From Epiperipatus broadwayi (Eukaryota; Animalia; Onychophora): 64,000 nucleotides of DNA. Location of the stretch: positions 16,492,001-16,556,000 of the forward strand of contig JAQFVV010000008.1 in NCBI GenBank assembly GCA_028023455.1, in the 5' to 3' direction. Below the pieces are notes generated by a model. It did not search any database. It saw only the letters and a list, made by a program, of their open reading frames with translations, and was not told where the DNA came from. Below are positions 51,466 to 64,000 of the stretch, piece by piece. Both the position numbers and the translations under genes were made by a program. Position 1 is the first letter of the stretch, and each line of letters opens with the position of its first letter.

Positions 51466-51689
51466 GTAATGACAAATTACTCAACAATTAATATGTATAA
51501 TTTATAATTACCAAATACACACACTGTAATATCCGCACTTATGACTGTGCCAAGGTTATAACTGCAAGTCATACTGTGTGGTCAGCAAATAACGTTATAC
51601 AATTCCCACGCTGTTCTTTCTTAACGAAGCTCTCCAACGAATGCCTTGCTCTGCAACGAATGCTTCTCTCCGCAACTAATGCCCTTCTC

Positions 51690-51816
51690 TGCAACTAATG
51701 CTCTTCTTGCAACTAATGCTCTTCTTGCAACTAATGCTCTTCTTGCAACTAATGCTCTTCTTGCAACTAATGCTCTTCTTGCAACTAATGCTCTTCTTGC
51801 AACTAATGCTCTTCTC
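51690..51816. repeat. 18-bp minisatellite inside the TRIM LTR (7 copies; 3 copies in the other LTR)
   Basis: gcaactaatgctcttct(t) x7 here and x3 at ~52710-52764. The 4 x 18 = 72 bp difference equals the LTR length difference (726 vs 654). Confidence 0.9.
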
Positions 51817-52250
51817 TGCTGCGGTGTCTTTCAGCTACACCCATGAACTACATTTTCACTGGGTGTGCTAGTCATTTACCGCCAGCACTGATGCGAGATA
51901 TCTTTGCTGATGTTAAACAGACGTCTCTCCAATACTGCTCGCTACTCACTACTGCGTGACTGCTCTCTACTGGAGTTGTCCTCTAATTCCTGCTAGATGT
52001 TACACCGTCTTCTATTCGCTCTCTGACAACTGCAACGATCTCAATCAATGCACTGACCAATAAGGTAACGTCTCTTATCTAGAAGCATTTGTAATTAGCA
52101 AATACTTCTAGGAATTGTCGATCGCCATTACGTCAATGCACTAATTAAATTCCTCAGCTATCAGAGCGCGATCTAAAAACAGCCTTACGAATAAATTCTA
52201 GTTTTTCTGGAGTGCACAAAAATGTCTGCCATTTTTACAAACACTACACA

Positions 52251-52264
52251 CCTCCCTCCACTCC
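52251..52264 (-). other. Polypurine tract
   Basis: GGAGTGGAGGGAGG on the minus strand directly abutting the 3' LTR. Confidence 0.8.
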
Positions 52265-52530
52265 AGAAAAACCCTTGTTGCTATTCCTTGGTGTTGTTTT
52301 TCTCTCGCTACTTTCCTGTTATTTCACTCAGAAATATGCGATTTAACAGCTGCTGAAACTTTTTTTTTTTTTTTCCAATTACGTTAGCTTCCGATGTTAA
52401 TTGCACAAACGTTTTATTTCCAAACTTTCACCGATGTTAACGTTACTAATTGGGATTGTCATTTTCGCCCGGTTTCTCCGTCTATGGCTAAACTTATAGT
52501 TCAACGTATTCGCTACTCCCAGGTTCAAAT

Positions 52531-52542
52531 GCGACTGCGCCA
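52531..52542 (-). other. tRNA-Ser primer-binding site
   Basis: TGGCGCAGTCG 1 nt after the LTR-terminal CA on the minus strand, complementary to the 3' end (…CGACTGCG-CCA) of invertebrate tRNA-Ser. Confidence 0.8.
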
Positions 52543-53252
52543 TTGTAATGTCCGCACTTATGACTGTGCCAAGGTTATAACTGCAAGTCATACTGTGCGG
52601 TCAGCAAATAACGTTATACAATTCCCACGCTGTTCTTTCTTAACGAAGCTCTCCAACGAATGCCTTGCTCTGCAACGAATGCTTCTCTCCGCAACTAATG
52701 CCCTTCTCTGCAACTAATGCTCTTCTTGCAACTAATGCTCTTCTTGCAACTAATGCTCTTCTCTGCTGCGGTGTCTTTCAGCTACACCCGTGAACTACAT
52801 TTTCACTGGGTGTGCTAGTCATTTACCGCCAGCACTGACGCGAGATATCTTTGCTGATGTTAAACAGACGTCTCTCCAATACTGCTCGCTACTCACTACT
52901 GCGTGACTGCTCTCTACTGGAGTTGTCCTCTAATTCCTGCTAGATGTTACACCGTCTTCTATTCGCTCTCTGACAACTGCAACGATCTCAATCAATGCAC
53001 TGACCAATAAGGTAACGTCTCTTATCTAGAAGCATTTGTAATTAGCAAATACTTCTAGGAATTGTCGATCGCCATTACGTCAATGCACTAATTAAATTCC
53101 TCAGCTATCAGAGCGCGATCTAAAAACAGCCTTACGAATAAATTCTAGTTTTTCTGGAGTGCACAAAAATGTCTGCCCTTTTTACAAACACTACACACAC
53201 ATTAGTTAATCAATAATATAAATATAGTTTATATAATTAATAATGAGATAGT

Positions 53253-53694
53253 TGTACTGAGTGACGGAATTCACTTCCAGCTATATGGTTAGCCTGCCTC
53301 ATAAATTCGAGTAAGATTCTTCTGGCTGTACAGGACGACTTGCCTCGAGTTGGCTTTATTTCGGACTATTTCAGCTGCACCCAGACAGCTTTCCTCGAGT
53401 CAACTGCAGTCGTAGCAGTTTCCAGTCCTAAGTGGACTTAGTGAAGACACCCTTGCTGTTGGAAGAGGTTTCACCAGAGAGCACATTCAATCATTCAGGT
53501 TGACAGAAGTTAGTGCTCTCTGCCTTCTCCAAAAAGGCTGACTATTTATTGTCAGATTCCTTACCCTACTGGGAATACTCAGATTCAGAGTGTGAATCCG
53601 AATGAAGGATTCATCCCCACTGGATTGCAACTGGGTGCAATCAAGTCAAGGAATCTGGAATAGTCCACTTCTGAAGGCAAGGTCAGATATGACA
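53253..53694. repeat. GC-richer 440-bp segment, possible solo LTR
   Basis: Sharp compositional island with TG...CA ends. No TSD found. Confidence 0.35.
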
Positions 53695-54630
53695 GTTTTT
53701 GATGATAATTATTTATATATTTTTATTAATCTATTTTTATCCATATATTGAAATTTTCAGAACATTTTTAATTTACTTTGATTTCCCTCAATAAAAATGA
53801 AGTCCACCCAATTTCACCTTGAATATCCTCGTTTGCTGTTCACAATTTATCACCCAATACATATCAGCCAACTTTTTTTTTTTTTAGTCTATCTATATAA
53901 ATTTGACCTCCTTGGCCAATATGATACATATCATTTCCAAATGTTAAAGCAAGTACATTTATTCCTTTATAAATAATTCTACATAATTCACATTTGTAAT
54001 ATGAGAATAACTTGCTGATTTTTAATTAATCCTGTTTTATTTCTCAATTTCTAATTTTCCATTTAACAAATATCTATTTTTATACACTTATTCAAGTCAA
54101 ATATTTTCCATCCTTTAATTTTACCTTTCCTATTAAATACTAAACTCTTAGATTTTTCTTCACTGAATTTAATTTTTTTTATTTCTATCTGCTTTTCCAT
54201 ATGACTCTAATAGCATCTCCATATCTTCTACACTATTTGCAAAAAATGCTATACAATGGAGCTGCGAATTATACTATATTTTGTATCAAGCCTGCCCCCC
54301 CCCCCAATGTTCTCCATATATAGTGTAAAATGCCTCACATTTGTTGATACACATTGAATAGAATACATATTCTTCATTGAACTGCAAGTGTACAGTAGTA
54401 CTTTTCAACATGCACATGTATATATAACATAAATGCTTTTTTATATGTAAGCATAAACAAACTTTTTAAAACTAATATAAGTATTAATAAAAAATTGAGA
54501 GGAAGACATATTTACATAGATTTTGCTGAGTGTGTTCACACACGCATTCATTGAAGCATGAAGAATAGGAAAAGAAAAAAACTATTTTTAAAATAAATAC
54601 CAAAATGTCTGACTTTTTTCCTATTAAATA

Positions 54631-56342
54631 CACCTTTACCCCGCTTAGCGATTGTCTACTTAGCGATAATCATCAATTTGTACCCACTATTTCGATGGAC
54701 AATCGATTATTCGCTATAACGATTGGGAAAACTTTAAAAAAAAAATTTTGGGCAACCATCTTGAATTTTGCGTCACTGATGACGTCAGAGATAGCTATAT
54801 TAAATTCATTTTACTCAAAAGCAGAAGTATATTATTGTAATATGTATACAAGTAATGACTTTGCTGTAATTATATACACATACAGTATTTTATTCATAAA
54901 ACACTTAAAATATCTATAATTACTGAATCTATAATACTATATACATCATATATAATAAATAACACAGCAAATGTTCATCCACTTTTTCTTTTAAAATACG
55001 TATATATGTTCTACAATAATATCAACAAAATTAAAAATCCTTCTTTTTCTTTTCAAAAACTTTATTTTCTTATCTCAATACTGAACATATACAGTATATA
55101 TATTTATATAATACAAAACTCCAACGTTGATTTGTAATTAAATAATGTAAAAGAAAGAGTAATAAAATATAGCAGTGGAAGAGAGATATCCTTGAAAATG
55201 ACTGTATGAAGATAAACAATTGAAACGTTGGAGTTTTGTGTTATATAAATACTGTATATATAGTATATATATATGTTCAGTATTGAGATAAAAAAATAAA
55301 GTTTTTGAAAAGAAAAAGGAGAAGGATTTTTAATTTGTTGAATATACTGTATACAAATACTCCAATATATAAATACAGTACAGGACAAATAAAATACCAT
55401 CATCACAAACTTTCAGGAAAACACTAAATATGAATATTAAACTGCATGTGTGTGTTTCTTAAGTACGATATATTATTTTTAGAACACCTGGATAATTATG
55501 TAAAAATAGTTATTGATTTTATAACTTCGTTAATAAACATGTTGTTTACACTCAAGATCTTTCAAATCAAAAGAAAAACATTTTAAAACTCAAATGTCGA
55601 ATTAGAAAAGTTTAAAAAGAAATACAGATTGCATTTAATTAATAATCTTTCTACTCGAACGGGGGGGGGGGGTATTATTACATTACTAAAAATATACAGT
55701 AAGAAAAATAAACCTAGCAGTATGTTTTAGAAAATTAGAAGTTAGATTTTTTACTTTTAAAATAAGTTGATTTTTTTTTTTTTCTAAAGTTGACTGCTTT
55801 ATGTTAAGCATTAAGCATTTTGTTACTGTGGAGTACAGTAATAAGTCTTTATGTTCAATTAAATAATTAATAATTAAACATTGTTTTTTAATTTGAATAA
55901 TTTCACATAAGTAATAAACATAAATGTATAGTAGTAATATATACTGTAATACAAATTAAAAAAAAAAAAGCACTTCAGTATGGATTTTTTTTTTCATTAC
56001 GATGAAAAACTTCTGCGGAAGAATATAAAAACTTTTAAATTCAAATTTAGTTTCACTTTCTCTTTCTTTTTGCTGTTCTGTACTTTTTAAAGTGAAAATA
56101 TGTATTTTTTTTCCTAGTGATATAAAACTTTTCTTTTTAGATACCATATTTAGTTATCATTATCATGAAAAAATCAAGAAAATCTTTGAGCTTGGAAACC
56201 AATGTGGATATTTTACGTCGACTGGAACCGACCAATTTTTTTCCCATAGATCCCCATTATAATTACATATTTTGTATATGATATTCTTGCTTAACAATGA
56301 GGTTTGGAGGACCAATTGCCATTGCTAAGCGGGGTAAAGGTG
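54631..56342. mobile_element. Non-autonomous Tc1/mariner-superfamily element (TA TSD)
   Basis: 19-bp perfect TIR CACCTTTACCCCGCTTAGC / GCTAAGCGGGGTAAAGGTG flanked by TA on both sides. No transposase ORF. Confidence 0.85.
55012..55351. repeat. Nested inverted repeat / MITE (~117-bp arms)
   Basis: 55012-55128 is mirrored at 55224-55351 (…aaaactccaacgtt / aacgttggagtttt…; ctcaatactgaacatata / tatatgttcagtattgag). Confidence 0.75.
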
Positions 56343-56699
56343 TACATTCTGAATGATTTTTTTTTTTTCAGTAACTTTTTTAGCATATAGAAACATAAGT
56401 AGCATTACTCCTAGAAAATAATTTATGTGAAATAGTGCACATTAAATTTGGGAAGAATAATAAAAAAATAATAAAATATATGTACTGTCAACTGAAAAAA
56501 ATTTAGTATATATAATCATTTATAGTGCTCAGAAAAACAAAAAGCTGCTCGAATGTAAAATTTGTGAATTTTAGTAGTTTTTTTTTTTTATTTATATTAT
56601 TTACTTCTTTGGATAGTGTATAAATTGAAGTCACCTAGTCAGACATAACATAGTTTGCAACTCCACTGTATTATCAAAAAATAAAATTGACATTTTATA

Positions 56700-57430
56700 T
56701 GCTATCCTGGTACCAGCTATAAGAATCCCTCCTAATCTTTCTCTCTCAACCTCCAGTTGTCTTAAAAATAAAATAAATAATAAGATAATAATGGGCATGC
56801 TTGTTTCAATCTAATTTCACAATTAACTTACATTGCTCCTACATCCCCTAATGGTTACTCTTAAAAATTTATCCTTGCAAAAACCTCTTAATCATTCTTA
56901 ACAATCCTTAATCTATTTCCCATTCTCTACAATCTATTTTTATCTATTCTATCAAAAGTCTTTTCTATGTCTAAAAATGCAATAAATAATTGATTGTTCA
57001 TTTTTCATATAAGATATTTCAATCAGTTGTAATACAATACTCAAATAATTCCCTATTTTTCTCCATGTATTTTTCCAAAATTTCATTTGCTTTCTCTAAG
57101 TCCTAATCCTATCCATTAAGATATCCTTAAATAATTTATAAACAAATATGAAAGTTATTGCTACATTTCTACTGTTTGTTAACAACCTAAAATATTTTTC
57201 TTTATATAATAACCTAATTCTTATTTTCTTCCATTTATTTGGAATCTTATTATCAACTATAATTTTATTAAAACTTTTTTTAAAATTAAACTTTCTATGT
57301 TTACCATAACTACCATTTCAGCTGACATTCTATTTAATTCTACTTTTTCTTGATTCAGTCTACATATTGATCTGTTCAATTCTGAATACATCACTCTATC
57401 CATCTCTTAAATTAAGCCCCTTGAGCTAAA
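56700..57430 (-). pseudogene. RTE-type LINE RT relic; boundaries approximate
   Basis: LFIAFLDIEKTFDRID at ~56990-56943 on the minus strand. Otherwise heavily degraded. Confidence 0.6.
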
Positions 57431-60289
57431 GTTTTTATTATAAATTTATGAACTAATTAAGTCTGAATATATTATAATTCACAAGACAAATTCCTGAAGA
57501 ATCATTTATTAATAAACTTTAAAAATGTCATTTGTCTTGTATTAATGTCAATTCATGGTTCAGATAAAAATGATCATTCCTATCTGATTCCCATGTTTTG
57601 GATTATTGTCAATTCATTGGTTAGATAAAAATGACCATTTTTATCTGACCTCCCAGGTTCTTAAACAATGAATGAATTAAGTATCAGAAGTATTGATATT
57701 TTAGTTCATTTTACATATAAAAACCTGGTATTGAATAGAAGTAGCCATTTTTTATCTGACCAATAAGAAAGTTATAATGTTTCCAAGTTATTAAAATGAT
57801 TTTTTAAGAATTTGATTTGATAATTGTAGCAGTGTATTCACACATAGTTGATTCATAAATTAGTTTATATATTCTCAACATTACATATTTAAGAAATAAT
57901 TTATTTATAGTGTAATGGTACAGAACATGAATTGGATGTGGGTAGATGGGATATCATCATCCCCACAGAATGATCACAATTATCAATGATAAGCTTGAAA
58001 GTCTAAATCATCAAATATAAAATGAGAGACAATGTTTGAAGAAAACAGTGAATAGAAGCAGAGAGTCACCATGAACAAAACCATAAGATGCATCTTCAGC
58101 ATTACATAAGAATAATTAAATCAGAACTAATCAACAAAGAACAATCAAACTTGTGATTGGATTTAAAAGAGGTAGACTATAAAACAGGCTACTTATCTAG
58201 CCGCTACATAAACAAACCTTTACATCCATTTAAATAACCATTATGCTCTAATCTGGCTCAGGAAGCAAGAACTATTTAAACTGTTACTGTGAGCAAGGAA
58301 TAAATATCACAACTTATTCTAATTAATTTTAAAATAACTACTGGGATAAATTGAAAACAATCCCATACACTCTAAGCTATATTGAAATCAAGTCACACAC
58401 TGCCAACTTATGGCTCAGATTGTTGGAATAATAAAGACATTAACATTAGAACATTTTTAAACAATTACTTAATAAACTAACTGATTAACAATAAATAAAA
58501 AATTTAAAAAAATAAATAAATAAATTTAAATGTATACATTCTTATCAAAAATATAGTTTCATATTAAAAACAAAACTAATCTTTTAATCTTTAATCATTA
58601 ATTGATATAATTTTTTCTATCATTGAGTTATTTTCTTTTCAATAAGTAAAATTGAAAAAAAAAGACTTTAATCGGAGATAATGAGTTAAACTAGCTTAAT
58701 TCTTTGTATAATTTGGGGGAGGGGGATAAATGAATAAATAAAAAAACATCAAATTTAATAAATTAAATTACTAAAAAAACTATTTTGAAAGATCAAAAAA
58801 AACATGTGTAATTAAAATAACTACTAATAAAAATTATTAATATTAAGTGCTATTAATTTTAAAACTCCTTTATAAATTTAAAGTGCACATTAAAGAAGAA
58901 AAAATAAAATATCTTATACTATGGTTTTAATTTTTTTTATGTCCTTTGCATTTGTAATTTACAATTTTTATAGGTAGATGTTTTTGAAGACTTCTTAATT
59001 TTATGTTGATGTGCATAGATATTTTCTTTTTTATAGCAAGAATTTATCCGTTTTCCTTTCCAATAATTTTTTTTTTTTTCAGTTTAGGCTAACACATAGA
59101 GACACTCATGCTTTTGGCTGGATATGATATTTTTCTGCAGATTACTTCAAGGGTATTTTCTCTTTCACATTTTATTCCAGTGATATAGGTTATATAGATG
59201 TAGATGATATCTAGCTTTTAGCTAAACATAGCACATGTTTTTTATAGAAAACATTTTATAGCTAAACTCATAGGTACTTTATACAGCTAAATTAAAACTT
59301 CTATTTCTTTTCAACAGCTTTGTTAAGACTTTTGCTGTTTTGTGCAACATCTTAGTTAAGACTTCTGCTTCTTTCTTCTTTAGTAGCTGGCATAGAACTG
59401 ATGGTCCTCTTCAACAGCTGGGTTAGGAATGCTTGCTTCTTACAAGTCAAGGTCTTTTGATTGATCCACACTTCTATTTTTTAGAACAAACCGGGATTCA
59501 ACCAGTCACATTCCTCTATCCTACATGACAAAATTTAATAATAACCAATTAGATCAATTTTGACACCAATATTCAGCTATTTTCCTCCTTCAACATTGAC
59601 ATTGGAAAGCAAGTCAAAAACTTAAATTAGAATCAATAGTTTTTGACATTCCTTTTATTACATTTTTTTTTGTACCAAAAGGAAAACAAGATAATCAGAC
59701 CAATTATATTGACTTCTTCCCTTTTGGAGAAAGGTAAAGAACAAAGCAAGAAAAAAATACAAATTCTGATTAACCAAAGTAAAATGTTAAAATCATTTTT
59801 TCTTTTTTTTTTCTTTTAAAAATATCACCAAACATAAAAATTTATCTGCCTTATCTCTAAAGTATTAAAATTAAAAATTATTAAGTAATTTACTAAAGAG
59901 AACGTTTTTTTTTCTCTCAGTAATTTTCAAAACCAAAAATTGTGTTGGGAAATAGATAAAATTATTGAAGAAAGAGAAACAAAAGAAATTGTTTATCTGA
60001 CTTTATGTTTTTCTCTTTCCTTTACAACCTTTTAAATTATCACATTTCAAATATTCATATTAGGTTTAAAACACCTGAAAATTCTTATATTATCATGTGA
60101 TGAAGAAATTATTTAAATAATACTCATTAGTTTTAAAAAAAACACATAGAAAACTAAATATTATTTCCCCATGAATTCTAAATTTAAGTGCATTATATCA
60201 TATAGGAAAACCAAATAATATCTCCCCATGAATCAAATAATTGTATATTTAAATGCATTATCCACTTATATTTAATATAGCAATGTAGC

Positions 60290-61960
60290 TATAATAGACA
60301 TTAAAATTACAGTTCATTAAGCATTTTAAATTTTTTTCTAACTTTATACTCTCTTCTACATCTAATATCATAACCTTTTTTCTTATTTATTTTCTTCATT
60401 ATGTGTTCAAAATTTTTCACAATCCTTCATACTGTTAATTTCCTCCATTTACATTTATTTTAGGAGATATTTTAATTACCTATCCCATTTAACCTTTATC
60501 TCCTCTTCTCACAATTGCTTTTTAACAATCTCTCTATATTCTCTATATGCCTTGTTTCTTTCTTTTACACTCTCTAAAGTTAATTTTGTCAATATTTTCT
60601 TTTATTAATCCTGTTGATTTTAAATAAATTTTCATATGCAATTTTGAAGTTCATTATATCCATCCACTCTTCACAACTTTTAAAATCACAATCTTTCATA
60701 ATTATTACTGTTAAATATAATATTAATACCATCTATATTTTTTATTAATTTGAAAATATAAGTAGAAGTTCTGAAGAATATTACTGGGGCAATTGAAACT
60801 GTCAATAATGGATTGTAAAAAAGCATTGTAAAAAGTAATAAAGAATATAGATGGTATTAGTATTATATGGATTTGGCAAATAAACCTAGTTAATTTAATT
60901 TCTCAGCTTACTTTCATCATCTCAGTCTTCTAATTCTATCATCATAAAATTACTATCCTTCTATATTCCTTACTCACCTCATTTAAACAATTCTTTTTTT
61001 ATTTATATTCTCTTTTGACCATACTTAAAAATACTCTCATTTCAATCTTTCACATCTCTCCATTTAGTTAATCATATTATACTTCATATCCACTTATTTT
61101 TATTCAATTTTAATCTAATACATATATATTCTTTACAATTATTTTTTAAAATATCATTCTTAATAATAATCTTTGTATATCTCTTTGCTTATCCTCACTT
61201 CTATTTAACTCCACATTTCTGAAGATTCAATCCTTTATCATTCCTCAAATGTATCTCCATCATTGTTAATAAATCTAATTTTTCTCTTAGAAAACTTTCA
61301 TTTATTTATATCCTTATTCCTTTGTAAATTGTTTTCTGTCCTATCTTCCAGTATTCTATTTTCAATCACATTATTTTTTGACTTAGTCACATCCCTAAAT
61401 ATAAATATATTTTTTAAATATATCACATACTTCATCTTTGTTTTAATGAATAATTAAATTTATGAATTTATTTTTTTCTTTATCCTCCTTTTGAAATAAA
61501 TATAATCATCAACTTAAAATGAATCTGTACTTCTAATGAACACATCTAAGGCATTCAAATTATTATTCTCATACAAACAATTGCCTCAAATTAACTCCAT
61601 GAAATTTATTTAAATTTACCTCACTATCAAACTTTGATGATAATCTCATCATCACCAAATTGCCTTTCAAACTCATAATCTATTATTCCCTAATTATTTT
61701 TTAGTACCTTATCTCAACTTCATTTGCTCCCATCAACACTACAATGTTATTAACTTTATTTGTTTGTTTTTTTCTTAATATCTAAAATCCCAGCTCTTGA
61801 CAAACACATCATTATATTCTTCTTTCCATTATATTTAGATAATATATTCCCAAAATATCAAATTACCTAAAAATTCCTTTTTTTTTTCTATTTTTAATTT
61901 TCACACACCCATCTTCTATTTTTATAACATATCCTTATCATCTTGTAAATCAATTTTTAT
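60290..61960 (-). pseudogene. RTE-type LINE endonuclease/linker relic, possibly the upstream part of 56700-57430
   Basis: Purine-rich minus strand with VLMG- and QFG-like AP-endonuclease remnants at ~61750-61600. Many stops. Confidence 0.45.
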
Positions 61961-62521
61961 TTCACTGGATTCCTTTCAAACTCACATTTCCAGAGTTATT
62001 TCTTATACTAACAATATTCTCTGTTAAAATTATATTTGTAGATGGTAATTTATCTATATTCTTGGCATCAGGATTCAAAATTAATACCTTAAATGACAAA
62101 TCTTCACAATTAAATTAGAAAATTAAAAATTTGAAGCTATTCCACATTCTACTTCACAGTTATTTACTGATAGCTTCAATAGCAATGGATACTGGACAGT
62201 AATACAATTATATCTTTAGCATCAGCCCAGTTTCTGTTTTTTCTTTCATGGGAGAGGGCTTGAAACTAATATGCTTTTGAATTTAGCATCCAGCCATCTT
62301 ATATTATTCAAATTATTAGCATGGAATTAAAAAAAACTTTTAATATCATATATCCAAGCCAACTTGTTTTCACATCTATTTGAAGTATATAATTTAACAA
62401 GTGAATTGGTTTGGTTCAAAACTTATGCGCTTTTTAACTTTCAGACTATTTGCTTGAGTAGTATAAAAATTATAGTGGCTGCTAGATGCATAAGTGTATT
62501 GTTTTCATTTTTGAATCTTAA

Positions 62522-62563
62522 TTGCCACTGATGAAGACAAAATTCAGAAACAGATCTAGACAA
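62522..62563 (+). other. Degenerate minimal hammerhead-like motif
   Basis: ttgcca CTGATGA agacaaaattca GAAA cagATC tagacaa has the core boxes in the correct order, but all three stems are imperfect. Confidence 0.3.
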
Positions 62564-64000
62564 GCTCTTACTGTAAATGTTGGATTAGTGCAAATGGTAT
62601 TTCTGTTAGAAGCATATATATGAGAAAGTCATTATTATTTTGTCATGTTAATATTTAAAATATTATATATACTTGCATAGAAACTATAGTCATTATTCAT
62701 ACTTAAAAATTATTATCTCTGATTCTTATTTAAAATCAAATAATCCATTAGTAACATGTTATTTACATGAAATTATATTAGTTGACATTATACTTAAAGA
62801 ATATAATTTGTATTGTCCAATCTTGGCATATATTTATATTTTTAATGTGTGTGCATATATATATAAAGAAAGAAAAAGAGAGAGTAGTAATAGTAATAAC
62901 TGACAAGTTGAAAAATACTTTTAAGAGATTAACTTCCACATCTTTTCATGTCAAATTTTGCCATAGCAAATTCAAGTTTAATTCCTAATTAACTATTTAA
63001 GGTGTGTTCATAAGCATGTATTTTGAATTAACTTTTTTATTTTCAAATTTTAGCTATAGAAAATAGAAACTTTCTAGATGATTGATTTTATTTAATGCTT
63101 TTATTCTACACTCCACTGCATTTTTAAATATTTGTTTTATTATAATAATCAAAGCTATCTGAATCAATTTTAAAATGTTTAAATTTTAAAAAGTAAGAAT
63201 TAAATTACATAATACAAATAAATTTTTATTACTGGATAGTGCATTTAAAAAAAGCTGTCTTTCTTTAGTGAGAAAAAAAAACTCAAAAAAATATTACCAG
63301 TTTGTCTGTTTAAAAAAATGATTGAGTTTTTAAGAACTAATTTTAACTGATTGCTATTTAAATTAATTTATAGGTAAATTAAATAGCCAAGATACAGAGA
63401 AACAATAAAGGGGAAAGATAGCATTCATCAAGCTTTCCATTTGCTAGATAGTGAAAATTTGGCTAGTTTTCATTCTTCATTTTATCTTCTAGCTAAGAAT
63501 AATTTAAATATCAATTTTACTGTTCATTGGATCTTTAACTGGGTCAGCTATGGATTATTCTAAAAAAAATTGTTTTTAAAATTTAGTAAGCTTAGATTTG
63601 AATCCCGGTTATAGGGTATGAATAGATGGGATGCCCTAACTTAGAGCTGTTCATAGTATTCAATCTATTTATTATGTGTTATTTATATCTTTTGGATTTT
63701 GAAATTGAACTTTTCATAGTACTGATATCTTATACAGATTTATATGCTTACCTAGTTAATACATATAATTTTTATCATTTATTTTTGGCCTCTGTATGTT
63801 TTTATTTAAATGAACTTATTTTTTATTGAAAATATATTTTACCAACTTAAATTTAAAAAAATATATTTATTTGCAAAAATAAAAATGTATGTAAAATTAA
63901 CAAAATATTAGAATGATTGCCATCCAAGATTCTGATACAGTATTATATATATATTGTAACGATATATAAATATGTCGTTACATTAATTTAAAATAAAAAC

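Larger units (their letters stand above)
51525..53197 (-). mobile_element. TRIM-like non-autonomous LTR retrotransposon (young)
   Basis: LTRs 51525-52250 and 52544-53197 (TG...CA) are nearly identical and flank a 293-bp non-coding interior. PBS and PPT are in minus orientation. Flanks cacac/cacat are a probable 5-bp TSD with one mismatch. Confidence 0.9.

Noticed and set aside
51690-51816. CRISPR-like array
   Set aside because: The repeats are contiguous without spacers, and the context is eukaryotic. The same applies to all other tandem repeats in the window.
51646-51846. ORF with ATNALL heptad-like repeats
   Set aside because: It is the translation of the 18-bp LTR minisatellite. It is not conserved as an ORF in the second LTR.

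Overview
This is very AT-rich, CpG-depleted animal genomic DNA, probably from an invertebrate (the species cannot be identified from the sequence). Most of it is nested, largely decayed transposable elements. LTR-type content: a gag-only Gypsy-type element (1-5.9 kb), solo LTRs, a young TRIM-like element and a Gypsy pol relic. DNA transposons: two hAT transposons, a mariner relic and MITEs. Non-LTR content: CR1/Jockey-, L1/Tx1- and RTE-type LINE relics, and a Penelope-like (GIY-YIG) 3' end. The only host gene I can support is on the + strand: two clear exons (37241-37412, 48367-48440) and a possible micro-exon (51442-51465) encoding a PARP14/PARP10/NMI-type RRM-like domain. The most notable signal is two unrelated families of short non-coding repeats carrying type I hammerhead ribozyme (HHR) motifs in introns of this gene. 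At 49.1-50.1 kb, two near-canonical HHRs in direct repeats bound a 469-nt monomer (retrozyme architecture). At 37.8-39.0 kb there are three copies of a second family. Both families show inverted duplications reminiscent of Penelope-mobilised elements, and the only clear sense-oriented HHR has a mutated catalytic core. All calls were made by eye. Boundaries marked approximate may be off by tens of bases, and ribozyme activity is untested.
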